A stretch of 64,000 nucleotides of DNA from a virus (IMGVR_UViG_3300018427_002120:5873-69872), one strand, 5' to 3'. Positions 17,196-28,364 are shown, counted from the first letter of the stretch. A program made the numbers and translations. Notes: generated by a model from the letters alone, not told the origin.

Positions 17196-19808
17196 TTAAC
17201 CGAAGAAATTGAACTCGTCCAGTGCAAAGGCAATATCTATCTGGAACTCCTCACGCTGTGGTGCCTGTAAACCAGATTCGTCCGCAATAATCAGATAGTA
17301 GCTGTCTCGGTTACTGTACTTTAAGCTCTTTAGATTGAAGCTGCAGCGGAATGTCCGATCCTGGGCATTGTCGCTGGTCTTGTCTGCAATGATGCGAGCC
17401 GTATCGCTAATCTGTTTCCCGGTTGTGTCTGTAAAATATAAAAGATAGTTACATACAGACCGATTGTCACCAACGGCTTCTTTTTGGAAGAAGTTCAGTG
17501 AGAAAATCATGTTACTGATTTTCCGGGTTGCAGACAGGAGACTCACTGTTACAGGTTTGGTGTCATACTTCTCGCGGTTGCGCTGATAGGTTTTGCTTGT
17601 GCTTCGGAGGAACTGATAGTCGATGACCGGAACGACCATCTCCTGGAGGCTGATGCCGCCATGAACAAAGTTCATACCACCGCCGCTCATTTTAATGCGG
17701 ACGTTCTCTCTGGGGGCAAAAGTATCCAGTCCAGATTCTTCATCCACGAAGCGGACGGGCAGCAAATAGTCAGGCTTTGCACCTTGCTGCATTATTGCAT
17801 AACGACGTCCATATTCTACATCCATACCCTGGAAGCTGGTCTTGTCTACCTTGTCATCTTCAGTCAACGGACTGTAGGTATATAAGAAACCATGGTCCGC
17901 TGTAATCAGAATTCGTGTTCCACCAAAGTCATTGACGATGACGCGGATGAGGTTTTTAATCTCTGTAATGGCATCGTCACAGGCAGGAAATACCAAATTG
18001 TCTGCGGTGTGGCTGGCCTCGTCAATTTTATCGTGGTATATGTAAACAACATCCATGCCCTTGACGAGTGCCTGCCGTTCAGCACGCTTCAGCTTGATGA
18101 TGTTCTTGTACTGAAGGGCTACGCTGGCACCGTGGGCAGTCTTGAGAACCTTATCCCGATAGGGCATTTCCGTGGAGGCTCCGTCGGCCAGTACGGAGAC
18201 ACCGCCATTTGCCTTGGTAACGACATTCAGTTTGGAGTGAGGGAGCAGTGCTGCCATGCCAAACTTGGTAATAGTGGGGAACACAGCTTGCATGCTTTCC
18301 AGAGTGACCTTGCTCTGTGTTTCTCTCCTGAGTTGTTCAGTCAGAGAAACTGCAACCTCATAACGGAGGGCATCGGAAATAATAACGTAGACACGGTTAT
18401 CCCGGGTTGCCAGCTTACTGAGGTAGAAACGCTCTTGTTGGTTAATTTCAAGGATACGACCATATTGAGCCAACTCATCTGCACATACATCAGACCAGTT
18501 GCTGCCCAATTCGGAGAGGAACCAGTTGTTATACAGGCCCTCCACCTTGTCTACCACCTGTTTGAACAGATCGTCCAATGTTTCATTAGAAATAGTTAGG
18601 CTTCGCTCAAAGCACAGATGGAACTGCCGGTAGTAGGTATCCATCTTATAATAGTCTGAGGTGTAGGCCTTCCAAATCAGCTGTGGCTGGGCCAAATGGA
18701 ATCCGGTTGCATGGTCATGGAAGAACTGCTGCATGTTGCCCACCTGAAGCAGACCTTCATAATAGCAGGACACAGCATCATACCATGCGAGTGTGCGACG
18801 TTTCTGGACGATGACAGCAATGGTGTCGATATTGATGATGTAGTTGCTGATATCTTTCATCATCAGTTTCAGAATACACTCATTGATGCAGGGGAAACAC
18901 TCGGTATCAGCAAGATCTTCGACTGTCATCTTCATGAATCGGGTACTCAGTCGTGCCTCATATTCTACAAACCGTGCGATCTCATACAGACCATGGTTGT
19001 CCGAAGACTGGAGCCAATCAGAAACCAGATCGTAGCAATAGGATTGGTGGGGAATAGAAATGAAGCTGTCCAATCCTGCCAGGAACTCGGGCCGCATAGT
19101 GCGGGTGGAGGCAGTCAGCATGATATGAGTTGCCAGACGACCCAGGTCGGAGTCATCACCCTCAGAATAACCAGTAGCCTGTGCCACCATTACCCAGAAA
19201 GCGTTATTTGCACCGTACTTCACAAAGTCCTGGTAATAGGAATTGGTATCCAGTTCCAGGGAGTGGCTTAAAACCGCACGGATAATGTTTGCCGGTTGGA
19301 CATCCTGCAGATTGCAAAGGGATGCCATCACGGCCAGATGTAATTGAGAAGCGGTGGAAATGCCTTTTGCCATGGCAGCCACGTTCTTTCGGCGCTCGAT
19401 GCTGTTGAAGAACTTACGATAGCCCTTCACCATGCGGCGAACGGTGGCATTATTAGGCAGTCCCATTTCATCCATCCAGATAGAATTGAGATCTGCCCGG
19501 AATTCCTCGCTGTACAGTTCGATGTTGATGAGCCAGTTGTCCTCCGGCCTTTCGTAGCGAAGGGGCGAATACACCAAATAGTTACTGGAGGTGTCATCCG
19601 CTGCCAGGATTTTCTTTGCGGCAAAGGTGTTATTGCCAGTTAGTAAAAGCACCTTGGCATTTTCCAGAACCAGGCTTTCCACTTTGTCCTCAAATTCCCT
19701 GTCTTCGTCATACCAGAAGATGATTCGACGGGTAAAGAAATCAGGCAACGGTGCAGCAAAGCGTCGATTCAAATCGTGTATAATCTTTTGTAAATCCATA
19801 CTAGGCAC
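17196..19808 (-). CDS. pglZ: BREX alkaline-phosphatase-domain protein PglZ
   Basis: VIISDALRYEV, PTITKFGMAALLP, ITADHGF, FVHGGISLQE. Confidence 0.95.
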   Translation of the reverse strand: MPSMDLQKIIHDLNRRFAAPLPDFFTRRIIFWYDEDREFEDKVESLVLENAKVLLLTGNNTFAAKKILAADDTSSNYLVYSPLRYERPEDNWLINIELYSEEFRADLNSIWMDEMGLPNNATVRRMVKGYRKFFNSIERRKNVAAMAKGISTASQLHLAVMASLCNLQDVQPANIIRAVLSHSLELDTNSYYQDFVKYGANNAFWVMVAQATGYSEGDDSDLGRLATHIMLTASTRTMRPEFLAGLDSFISIPHQSYCYDLVSDWLQSSDNHGLYEIARFVEYEARLSTRFMKMTVEDLADTECFPCINECILKLMMKDISNYIINIDTIAVIVQKRRTLAWYDAVSCYYEGLLQVGNMQQFFHDHATGFHLAQPQLIWKAYTSDYYKMDTYYRQFHLCFERSLTISNETLDDLFKQVVDKVEGLYNNWFLSELGSNWSDVCADELAQYGRILEINQQERFYLSKLATRDNRVYVIISDALRYEVAVSLTEQLRRETQSKVTLESMQAVFPTITKFGMAALLPHSKLNVVTKANGGVSVLADGASTEMPYRDKVLKTAHGASVALQYKNIIKLKRAERQALVKGMDVVYIYHDKIDEASHTADNLVFPACDDAITEIKNLIRVIVNDFGGTRILITADHGFLYTYSPLTEDDKVDKTSFQGMDVEYGRRYAIMQQGAKPDYLLPVRFVDEESGLDTFAPRENVRIKMSGGGMNFVHGGISLQEMVVPVIDYQFLRSTSKTYQRNREKYDTKPVTVSLLSATRKISNMIFSLNFFQKEAVGDNRSVCNYLLYFTDTTGKQISDTARIIADKTSDNAQDRTFRCSFNLKSLKYSNRDSYYLIIADESGLQAPQREEFQIDIAFALDEFNFFG

Positions 19809-19824
19809 AACAGCACCTCAATTC

Positions 19825-20769
19825 CTAGATTTTTGATGCAATCCGCGAAAGAGCAGCACCTAGTTGTTTCTCAGATTCTGCTTTTTTTCGCGCCTGTTCC
19901 CACTTTTCAAGAACCATAAAAATGCATTCTTTTACAATCGGGAAATATTCAATACAATCCTCCTCCGACAGTTCATGGATTCCTTTGCTTATAATGCCAT
20001 AAACCGTTGGATTGTTCACCAAAATATCAGGCAAATAGTCTTTGAGCATTTTTATACGCTCGGCCATTTTCTTAGGGACATACTCAGCCTCGGTAATAGC
20101 CGAGTCTGCAATTGCCATATCCTTTGCCTGATCAATGACTCTTTCAAGAATTCTTCGCAGATACACATACGAACCAACACCTATGCCCTGCGCATGAAGG
20201 CCAATAGCCCTTCGCATCTCACCCATATCTCCCTTTGACAACACTTTGCGATATTGCTTCAGTTCGGGAAAGGCAATATCAGCGACGGACGGATGCTGAC
20301 TGATTTTTACCAATTCATTTCCATCTGTAGCAATGATGATGTCCAGTTTGTGGCATTCGTTCATGCTACAGCAGAAACTCAGGGGTAAAACACGCATATG
20401 ACTTTGTATCGATGCATCATTCCAAACCCACGGTTCATTCAGTGGAGCTTGTCCAGGTGCCGGTGTTTTGGAAATTTTAACGCGAGTCTGAAACCGCACT
20501 AATTGGTCGGCCAATGTGTCTTCAACCATTCCCTTGGGTGAAGATCGCCAAACTTTTATTGTTTCCAGTGAAAATACGCGCATTTCCTGACAAGTAGTAC
20601 AATATGATTCAATTCGCACTCTTCCTGCTAGAAGATTGATTAATTGCTGAATATTTTCTTGATTTACTTCAATCCTGTCATAAAGCCCTGATTTCAGCAG
20701 AAAATCTGCAAATACATTGGGCTCATCAGGAGCTACTGTTTCTTTTGCTGCTTCGAATACATTGTACAT
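19825..20769 (-). CDS. Gene inserted in BREX, possible HEPN/DUF4145-like protein
   Basis: GVGSYVYLRRILERVID and YGIISKGIHELSEEDC; AGGAGA RBS; more AT-rich than flanking genes. Confidence 0.55.
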   Translation of the reverse strand: MYNVFEAAKETVAPDEPNVFADFLLKSGLYDRIEVNQENIQQLINLLAGRVRIESYCTTCQEMRVFSLETIKVWRSSPKGMVEDTLADQLVRFQTRVKISKTPAPGQAPLNEPWVWNDASIQSHMRVLPLSFCCSMNECHKLDIIIATDGNELVKISQHPSVADIAFPELKQYRKVLSKGDMGEMRRAIGLHAQGIGVGSYVYLRRILERVIDQAKDMAIADSAITEAEYVPKKMAERIKMLKDYLPDILVNNPTVYGIISKGIHELSEEDCIEYFPIVKECIFMVLEKWEQARKKAESEKQLGAALSRIASKI

Positions 20770-20781
20770 ACATTTGTCTCC

Positions 20782-23700
20782 TTACTTGATTTTTGCAAGG
20801 ACATCCTTGAAAATCTCGTAGTTTTTCTTGACACCATCATCCAGATCAATTGCAATGTACTGGTCGGCCAGGTGATGGATTTTTTCTTCGTAGCCTTGGA
20901 TTTCTGCTGCCTGCTCCTGCAAGGTCTTGAGCCGTTTGCTCAACTTCACACGCTCACTGGTGGATGCGGCTGCAATGCGCTGCTCCAAATCGGCAATGGC
21001 GGTGCGGTAACGAGCCTGCTGTTCATGCACATAGTCTGTACGCATACGAGCGATGGTGTCTTCTCTGTAGCGGTGCATATACACCAGTGCCTTGAAACCG
21101 TTCTTCTTGCCGGAATCAAATAGCCAGTAAATGGGGCGCTTCTGGTAAATCTTCAGATGGTCCGCATAGAAGTCGTTGAGGAAATAGCTGCGGATCACAT
21201 CACGGGGTGCGCCCTTGCCACCCAGAGCATCCGCAATAAAGCGGAGGTTCGCTTCCAGAGTGTCCTCGCCATAAACCCGCTCCACAAACTTGACGAACAG
21301 ACCGACAGCATCATCCTTGAAATATTCGTCATCGCAGATAGGCAGAATATTGTCCTTATCCGCGCAGAAGGTGGTGTACTTGGATTCGTCCCACTCACCG
21401 CCAGCATAGGCCAGGCCGGGAACGTCAAGGGAGTATCGACCGAAGATACAACCAACGGCATAGGAAATGAAGCTACGGATGTCGCGGGCGAGATTTGCCT
21501 TTCGGACAGTCACATCTTTTTCCTCTACTTCAGGAGTCAGTTCATCCTGCAGACCGTAGATGTCAATGAAGATGCGGTTCAGTTCCTCCTCGTTGGCTTT
21601 GAGTTGCGCAAATCGCTCGTTGCATTCCGCATTCCACAGGTCGTAGCATTCCGCCAACAGAATCCGACCACGGTCAAAGAATGCGCCGCCCTTGGCAATC
21701 ATATTGATTAGAGGATGGCATTCAAAATCCCAAGAGGTTTCAAAGGAATCCCAATCTGTCTTTGATAACCGGATATTATCTGAAACCAGTTCTGTCAAGC
21801 GTGAAATCATTTCATCAGAATCATACCCAAGTATAGGAAGTTCTTCGATTACGCCGCAAGTCATATTCATTGTTCCGCCACGAATTTCGTTAAGTCTTTT
21901 ATAAATTCTCGTATTCAGCGCAGCTAAAAGAGGGTATACATTATCTCCAAACAATGTTGGAGCCGCATCATTAAATGCAAATCCGGAATCACGGAACCTA
22001 AATGAGCTGGCACCCGTACCTACTTTGCCCCAAGAAATACCTGGCTTAAATAAATACTGCGTATTCTGAGGACGAGATCTGAGCTTTCCATTTTCATCAC
22101 GGAAGTTCTTTATTCTAAAGCCATCATTTTCCCAGTCCATAACATATGTGCACCCAAGATACCATTTTCTAAAACTTCCAGCCTTATCGGTGAGCACCCA
22201 TCGCTTTCCTATACCTATGTCTTTCGTAGACACTTCCCAGAACTGCTTTAGGAAGACCTCGTCATTTCGCGTTCCAACACCTTCTTTTGCCGTAAAGCGA
22301 GAACCAATCAACGGATATTTGTATAACTGAAGGAGATTATCACTTACCCAATATGCGACCGGAGCGCTTGGTAATTTTGAAAAACTTGCCTGAGAAGCAA
22401 TATAACGATTTTCTCCGCCAAGGAACATATCTTCTTTTCCTTGTTGTGTCACAGGATCAATCAGTCTGTGATACACACCCTTATATCGGTTAATATGACT
22501 CTTTCGCAAAACAAAGCTGGTTGTCTGTACTACTTCGCCTCCAATTTCTTCGAATGCACGTGCACCAAGGTGAATCATACTGGTAATATCCGTGTTTTGC
22601 ATTTTTACACGAAGCTTATCATAACTCGTCAAAAACATCCACGAGTGCATGGTTATCATGGCTTGATAACCATTATTTCGGGTCATTGATTTACATCTCT
22701 CGATAAAAACAGCAAACAAGTCAGTTTTACTGTCAGGATAATTCTTTCTAACAAATTCATTCAGCTTTCCACTACCCGCAGAAACACCCATATAGGGAGG
22801 ATTGGTAACAACCACATCATATTTTAGTGCCAATACTTCCGCCACACGAATAAAAGGCAGCAGTTCATTCTCGATTGCTAGATTGAAAATGCTGGGTTCG
22901 GAAAGTATCTCATCAAAATGCTTGTAAAGGGCTGCAAAGTCTACAGGAGTAATGTTCAGAATAGAGCCATACTCCTTGGCATCGCGCATTTCATCGATCA
23001 GGCTGTTGATTGCCTTTTTGATATCGGGGTCTCCACCAACGAAATGTTCAATAGCGCTTCTATCAAGACTGTTGCTCTCGACGATCTCGTAGACACGGGG
23101 CTGCGGAACATCCGGCTTGCCGTCCTCATCCTTCCGGGTCAGGAAACGCTTGTCATACTTCCGAGCCTTCATCATCACGGAGAAGTATGCCAACTGTGCT
23201 GCACGTTCGTCGATGTCCAGACCGTAGATATTGTTCTCTACGATGCTGCGGACAGCTTCACGAGGCGTATATCCGAAGGACTCGTAAATCTGCATCAGCA
23301 CATCAAACATATAGGCCAGGATATGACCGGAGCCACAGCAGGGATCGATACATTCGATATCTCCCGGCATCATGGATACGTAGGACTTCCGAATCTTTCT
23401 CAGCTCTGCCTGTACCTCAGGTTCATGCTCTGCCTCAAAAAGATAGTACTTCCATTTGGAAAGCAGCAGTTCATTGACATCACCAGGATACTCATCATAT
23501 TCATCTTTAGCAGTACCCGCATTCCGCTCGATCCACAGTCGGCCCAAAGAGTTTTCTACCATATAGCGTACGATCCAGTCCGGAGTAAACAGCTGGGTGG
23601 CGGCAGGGATCTCCTCTTTGGAAATCTTACCTGTCTTCTTGGCAAACACCTCTGCCTTGGGTTCGATGTTATAGAACTGATATAGCCAGCCGATGATCTG

Positions 23701-24300
23701 CACCTGATCCTTCCAGTCCTTTTCGGGAATCAGCTCGATCATCTGCTGGATCGCGCTACCCTCACGAAGGAGGTTGTCCGGGAACAGCAGCTCGGTGTAG
23801 TCAGCAATACGCTGGAACATACCCGGCATAATGGGACTCAGGGCATTGCACTGCACGATAATGAGGTACTTGAACAAGCCCTCTTTATCGTTGGCATCCT
23901 TATAGGCATAGACCTTTTCCATGTCCAGGCCATCCATTTCAAGGTCAATGGCCTCGGCAATGATCTGAGGCTCAAACTGGTTGTTCTCATCGGTGAACAC
24001 ACGGACACGGGAAGGAAGATAGCCGTTGACCTCCATGAATCGCAGAGCAGAGAAACGATTGAACCAAGTGTAGGCAACTTCCTCCATGACCTGCTTATAG
24101 CCCTTCGCCTGAATCTGAACGATCAGCGCCTGCCGCTGTGCCTTCTCGGTTGCGGACAAGACATGACCATTGATAGTATCAGCAGATGCCTGGATGATCA
24201 CATCTTCTGTGATACCATACTGCTGTGCCTTTTGGGACACGCGGGAGATCAGCTCCCGGCGCGCCCATACGGCATATTTCTTAATTGCATTTTTATCCAT
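20782..24300 (-). CDS. pglX: BREX N6-adenine DNA methyltransferase PglX (BrxX)
   Basis: MDKNAIKKYAVWAR, QLFTPDWIVRYMVENSLG, DPCCGSGHIL, VVTNPPY, LDDGVKKNY. Confidence 0.95.
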   Translation of the reverse strand: MDKNAIKKYAVWARRELISRVSQKAQQYGITEDVIIQASADTINGHVLSATEKAQRQALIVQIQAKGYKQVMEEVAYTWFNRFSALRFMEVNGYLPSRVRVFTDENNQFEPQIIAEAIDLEMDGLDMEKVYAYKDANDKEGLFKYLIIVQCNALSPIMPGMFQRIADYTELLFPDNLLREGSAIQQMIELIPEKDWKDQVQIIGWLYQFYNIEPKAEVFAKKTGKISKEEIPAATQLFTPDWIVRYMVENSLGRLWIERNAGTAKDEYDEYPGDVNELLLSKWKYYLFEAEHEPEVQAELRKIRKSYVSMMPGDIECIDPCCGSGHILAYMFDVLMQIYESFGYTPREAVRSIVENNIYGLDIDERAAQLAYFSVMMKARKYDKRFLTRKDEDGKPDVPQPRVYEIVESNSLDRSAIEHFVGGDPDIKKAINSLIDEMRDAKEYGSILNITPVDFAALYKHFDEILSEPSIFNLAIENELLPFIRVAEVLALKYDVVVTNPPYMGVSAGSGKLNEFVRKNYPDSKTDLFAVFIERCKSMTRNNGYQAMITMHSWMFLTSYDKLRVKMQNTDITSMIHLGARAFEEIGGEVVQTTSFVLRKSHINRYKGVYHRLIDPVTQQGKEDMFLGGENRYIASQASFSKLPSAPVAYWVSDNLLQLYKYPLIGSRFTAKEGVGTRNDEVFLKQFWEVSTKDIGIGKRWVLTDKAGSFRKWYLGCTYVMDWENDGFRIKNFRDENGKLRSRPQNTQYLFKPGISWGKVGTGASSFRFRDSGFAFNDAAPTLFGDNVYPLLAALNTRIYKRLNEIRGGTMNMTCGVIEELPILGYDSDEMISRLTELVSDNIRLSKTDWDSFETSWDFECHPLINMIAKGGAFFDRGRILLAECYDLWNAECNERFAQLKANEEELNRIFIDIYGLQDELTPEVEEKDVTVRKANLARDIRSFISYAVGCIFGRYSLDVPGLAYAGGEWDESKYTTFCADKDNILPICDDEYFKDDAVGLFVKFVERVYGEDTLEANLRFIADALGGKGAPRDVIRSYFLNDFYADHLKIYQKRPIYWLFDSGKKNGFKALVYMHRYREDTIARMRTDYVHEQQARYRTAIADLEQRIAAASTSERVKLSKRLKTLQEQAAEIQGYEEKIHHLADQYIAIDLDDGVKKNYEIFKDVLAKIK

Positions 24301-24795
24301 TTAAGATTCACCATTCTTTCCAAACCAATTTATGGGAGAGGTTGTCTTCCATGAATATTCTCGTTTTTGGAATCCATTATAAAATGCAAATAACTTGCAG
24401 CTATAGGTAATGTTTTGACCGATAAGCTGTAACTCCAGGTCAGTAATCCTGCGGAATGTATCGGTAAGACACCAGGTCTGTGGATGGTAATCATAGATGA
24501 ATTCATCCGTGTACCAATCCATCTCGACCAAATCACCGGGTGTAAGTGTGCTGGCAGGATCGATAGTTCTTCTGCCGGAAACTAAGCCAGCAGGATGGTT
24601 AACCAAAGTGCCTTTTTCATAGATGAACAATGGCGTGAAAACTTCCAGCAATTGAAGCTGGTTGTCTTCAACGGTCAAGTATACAGGCTTTTTGAAAAAC
24701 TGAACGAAAGCATTCTTGTTTTCATCAATTTCCATGTCGTAAAAATCAGCATTGCTGTCGATTAAAAAGTCAGAAAACAAATTTGTACTTTTCAT
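24301..24795 (-). CDS. Unknown 164-aa gene inserted between brxC and pglX
   Basis: Fills the brxC-pglX gap; its stop abuts the pglX ATG (TAAATG). Confidence 0.65.
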   Translation of the reverse strand: MKSTNLFSDFLIDSNADFYDMEIDENKNAFVQFFKKPVYLTVEDNQLQLLEVFTPLFIYEKGTLVNHPAGLVSGRRTIDPASTLTPGDLVEMDWYTDEFIYDYHPQTWCLTDTFRRITDLELQLIGQNITYSCKLFAFYNGFQKREYSWKTTSPINWFGKNGES

Positions 24796-24815
24796 AACGG
24801 ATTCCTTTGGCGAGA

Positions 24816-27800
24816 TTAGTTTAGCTTGATGCCGTCACAGCCCTGCATGAGCTGCTTCAGCTGTTTGCGGATCAGCTCCACATAGGCATCAACATCGGAG
24901 TCGTTCTCCAATTGCTTTGCGGGGAAGACGATGGATCGGTTGTAGTTCTTGATAATCTTCTTAGGTGTGGGTTTTACGGGTCCGGGAGCAACGGGCTTCA
25001 CCGGCTTGGGCGGTGTTATCTCCGGGGGGCGGACTGCATTTTCGATGCGCTGTACAGCAGAATCTTTGTACTGAAGCATCGGAGGCAGCATGCCATCCAA
25101 CAGAGCAAGGCTGGTCATGGAGGAAATACTATCCATTTTTAGCTTAAAGAAATTATCAGCCTTTGTGATGATATCCTTGGTGTCAGGATGGCCGTTAGCA
25201 GCCTGATGGATTTGTCCCATGCACTGCTGGCAGTAACCCATGAGTTCATCCCGTTTTGCAGCCAACAGACGACCATGGCCTTCCCGTACAGTGGCCATCC
25301 AACCATTGAGAAGAGGAATCTTCTTATAGTCAAAACCACCGGAAACAAAGACCACCATGCGGATCTGGTTCAGTGCAGTGTTTGCTTCAGGTTCGTGAGA
25401 CAGATAGTCCAGTTCGTTGCGCAGATCCAGTTCCAACTTGGCTGCGGCATCAAATACAGTAACCTGATTCTTGAAGAAACCTTCAACACGAACCATTGCC
25501 TCCTTGTTATCAAGCAGGTCATCCTGCCGCTTAATAATGCGGTCAATCAGCGCAATATTATCCCTCTGCTGAGAGAGAATATCGTCCACAAGCGTGATTG
25601 CTTTTTTAACAAGATCTCGGTCGGGATATTTGGCACCGGAGTTATAGCGCTGATCCAAAGCTTCATAATGGGCTTTCTGCTGCTGGAACTTATCAATTAT
25701 GAAAGCAATCAGACCATCTTCATCGGAAGGGACATCCATGACATCATAGTATTCCCGGAGGAATTCCTTAACTTCCTTCATCTTAGAGACGGACACAACC
25801 TGACGTTTGGAAATGCTGGTTTTTCCGATTTCGCTCTTCTTACGGAGCATATCGGGAAGCTTGGGGTTATTGGGCTGAATGGTATTGCCGGCATACTTGA
25901 TGGTGACCTTCTGCTCGATAATTAGTCGTGCAACGACTGCGGCAATATCAATTTCACGCCAACCGTAGGGGATTGCCTGATACCGGCTCTGAACATCGGC
26001 CATGGAGGTAGGCAGCTTTTTGCGGTGCTGAACTTCCAGGTATTCTTCCATCTTTGCTGCGGCATCCCGGTTCGGCTCAAAACCTGCGAGGATGTCCTCA
26101 TTGTTGCTCAGAATGGCAATGATATCTGCATCGGTCTCAGCGTTCTTGGTAATCAGATCCAGTTCACTGTAAACATGGGCAACAAGATACTCCAGGGCCT
26201 GATCAATTCTGGCCTTGGCATCGCCAGCCTTAATCTCCAGATGCTCGCCGGCAACATAGAATTCAGCAGCAATTATGGCTTTTCTCAGCTCGGCAGCGGC
26301 AGTGGCTTCCAAGCGGGTTGCTTCATCCTGCTGATTGCGGATAATGTCCTGCATGGACTTGGGAAGCTGTGCAACATTCTTCTGCTTGACATACTTCCGG
26401 ATCTTCATTGCCTGTTCCAGGGAATTGTAATAGTCAGTCTCTGCCAGAACAGCAATGGCCTGACCGTTGGACTCGGTCATGAGATGCAGCTTTGACTTTG
26501 TTGCGATGTCACTGGCAACAGTCAGGAATTTCAGTTTCATGCCACCTGTGATGGCACCAACAGTGACACCATCCACCATCTGATCGAAGGCAAAGTCGTA
26601 CTTTCCATAACGGTACTTTTTGGTGGTGTAGATATCTGCAAAGATCATCTGTGCGATACGCTCCACGATGGCGGCGGTGTCGACAGAGGTTTCATTACGG
26701 ATTGCCCGTTGAACATCCTGCTCTTCGTCGGTGAGGAAGTTGTAGGTTTCGCCGGTTCTGCCAATATAGTTCTGGCTCAGGAGGCGGTTCAGAGAATCGC
26801 GAACCTTTTCACGCAGAGAAATTTTGTCTGCGCGGATGTCATCAGCCATGAGGATAACGATGTTGTCCAGATTGCCGGGAATATCATTGTCGATGTAGCG
26901 GATCAGATACAGCAGTTTCAAAACATCTACATCATAGGCTTCAATGCCATCGCCTGCTTCCGCTGCACGGGCACAGCGGTCGATGACCCGGCGGATGGAA
27001 CCGTCAAGGAAGCTATGAACTGTATCATAAAAACGGAAGAAGGGAACAAGTGCATGCTCATCCAAATCCCGGACTTTCTGGGCAGCTTCCTGGAAACCGG
27101 ACAGCATGGAACGTTCGCCGCCGGAAAGGTGTTTGCCGGAATTGCCATGCTTACGAATCTCAGCAAAGACCTTCTGCATAATAATGAATTGATAGGGAAC
27201 GAAGGGGAAGTTGGTGATAAAATCGAAGGGTGTGGTGTAACCCTTGATGTCCAACTGAGCATCATTGAAGGTAAAGAGATTCCGCAGCACAGAATCATTT
27301 TTCTCATATACTTCTGTCAGAACCTGATTAGCCTCAGGAGTCTTCTTCAGGATACGCTTCTGGATGACCTCATCGACGGAGGAAGAGGAAAGAGAGAGTC
27401 GGGTCTTGAAACGGGCCTGAATACGAGAAAATTCATCAGCACGGACTTTGATAATTTCATCAATGGCAGACTGACCGGTACAAACGACCCAGACTTTACC
27501 ATCGCATTCGCTGCCGATTTTCTCGGTCAGAGACTGGAGATTCAGCAGCAGATCTGTGTCCGTGCCTGTGTACTGACCAACTTCGTCGATCATGAACAGA
27601 AGCCGGAAATTCTTCGGTTTTTGATCTACATATTCTTTGATATCGCTGACGAGCTGGGCAATGGACAGTTCAACAGCACTCTTATCACTGAACCAACGCT
27701 GGGCATCCTGTTCGCTCATATCCAGGACTTCCATCAGAGTGGGAACGATCACTTTTCCGTTAAAAGCAAAGGCACGCCGCATCTCAAGCCAGGATTTGCC

Positions 27801-28364
27801 CTTCTTTTCTGCAAAAACTCTGCGGAATTCTTCAGTCTTTCCACACTGGTCGATGTAGCGCTCCAGCATAGCGACTTTTAGGTTCTCGCCAAAGAAGCCC
27901 AAGTGGTTATAGAACATCTTGGCAAAGACACGCAGGACTGCGGTTTTGTCCTTAACGATGGAACCCTCAATATCGATGTTGAACAGAATAGTTTCTGTCT
28001 GACCTTTGGTAGCACGGTCGATCTGCATAAAGGTTGCGGGATCATCCTCAAACTTCTGCCGGAACATCTCAACAGTGGTAGTGTTTGCTACGGGTTTGTT
28101 CTCCAGAATGTAGGACAGCATTTTCAGGAAATGGGATTTACCACTTCCGAAGAAACCGGAAATCCAAACACCGACATCAGCGGTGGGGACATCAAAGGAG
28201 TCACTATAAAAATTGAAAAAGGCAGAAAAGTGCTTTCTCAGTTCTCGGGTAATAACATATTCCTTTACTTCCTGCTCGATAACATCATGAGCATCCTGAT
28301 CAACCTTAATAACGCCATTGATCTGGCGGTTGATGTCATCATGGAACATATTTTGTATTCTCAT
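24816..28364 (-). CDS. brxC: BREX P-loop ATPase BrxC
   Basis: VWISGFFGSGKSHFLK, FMIDEVGQY, RIQARF, YPFVPYQ-like FPFVPYQ. Confidence 0.95.
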   Translation of the reverse strand: MRIQNMFHDDINRQINGVIKVDQDAHDVIEQEVKEYVITRELRKHFSAFFNFYSDSFDVPTADVGVWISGFFGSGKSHFLKMLSYILENKPVANTTTVEMFRQKFEDDPATFMQIDRATKGQTETILFNIDIEGSIVKDKTAVLRVFAKMFYNHLGFFGENLKVAMLERYIDQCGKTEEFRRVFAEKKGKSWLEMRRAFAFNGKVIVPTLMEVLDMSEQDAQRWFSDKSAVELSIAQLVSDIKEYVDQKPKNFRLLFMIDEVGQYTGTDTDLLLNLQSLTEKIGSECDGKVWVVCTGQSAIDEIIKVRADEFSRIQARFKTRLSLSSSSVDEVIQKRILKKTPEANQVLTEVYEKNDSVLRNLFTFNDAQLDIKGYTTPFDFITNFPFVPYQFIIMQKVFAEIRKHGNSGKHLSGGERSMLSGFQEAAQKVRDLDEHALVPFFRFYDTVHSFLDGSIRRVIDRCARAAEAGDGIEAYDVDVLKLLYLIRYIDNDIPGNLDNIVILMADDIRADKISLREKVRDSLNRLLSQNYIGRTGETYNFLTDEEQDVQRAIRNETSVDTAAIVERIAQMIFADIYTTKKYRYGKYDFAFDQMVDGVTVGAITGGMKLKFLTVASDIATKSKLHLMTESNGQAIAVLAETDYYNSLEQAMKIRKYVKQKNVAQLPKSMQDIIRNQQDEATRLEATAAAELRKAIIAAEFYVAGEHLEIKAGDAKARIDQALEYLVAHVYSELDLITKNAETDADIIAILSNNEDILAGFEPNRDAAAKMEEYLEVQHRKKLPTSMADVQSRYQAIPYGWREIDIAAVVARLIIEQKVTIKYAGNTIQPNNPKLPDMLRKKSEIGKTSISKRQVVSVSKMKEVKEFLREYYDVMDVPSDEDGLIAFIIDKFQQQKAHYEALDQRYNSGAKYPDRDLVKKAITLVDDILSQQRDNIALIDRIIKRQDDLLDNKEAMVRVEGFFKNQVTVFDAAAKLELDLRNELDYLSHEPEANTALNQIRMVVFVSGGFDYKKIPLLNGWMATVREGHGRLLAAKRDELMGYCQQCMGQIHQAANGHPDTKDIITKADNFFKLKMDSISSMTSLALLDGMLPPMLQYKDSAVQRIENAVRPPEITPPKPVKPVAPGPVKPTPKKIIKNYNRSIVFPAKQLENDSDVDAYVELIRKQLKQLMQGCDGIKLN

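Noticed and set aside
20782-24300. Phase-variable or shuffled pglX
   Set aside because: ORF is intact, with no second pglX fragment, long repeat or adjacent recombinase seen
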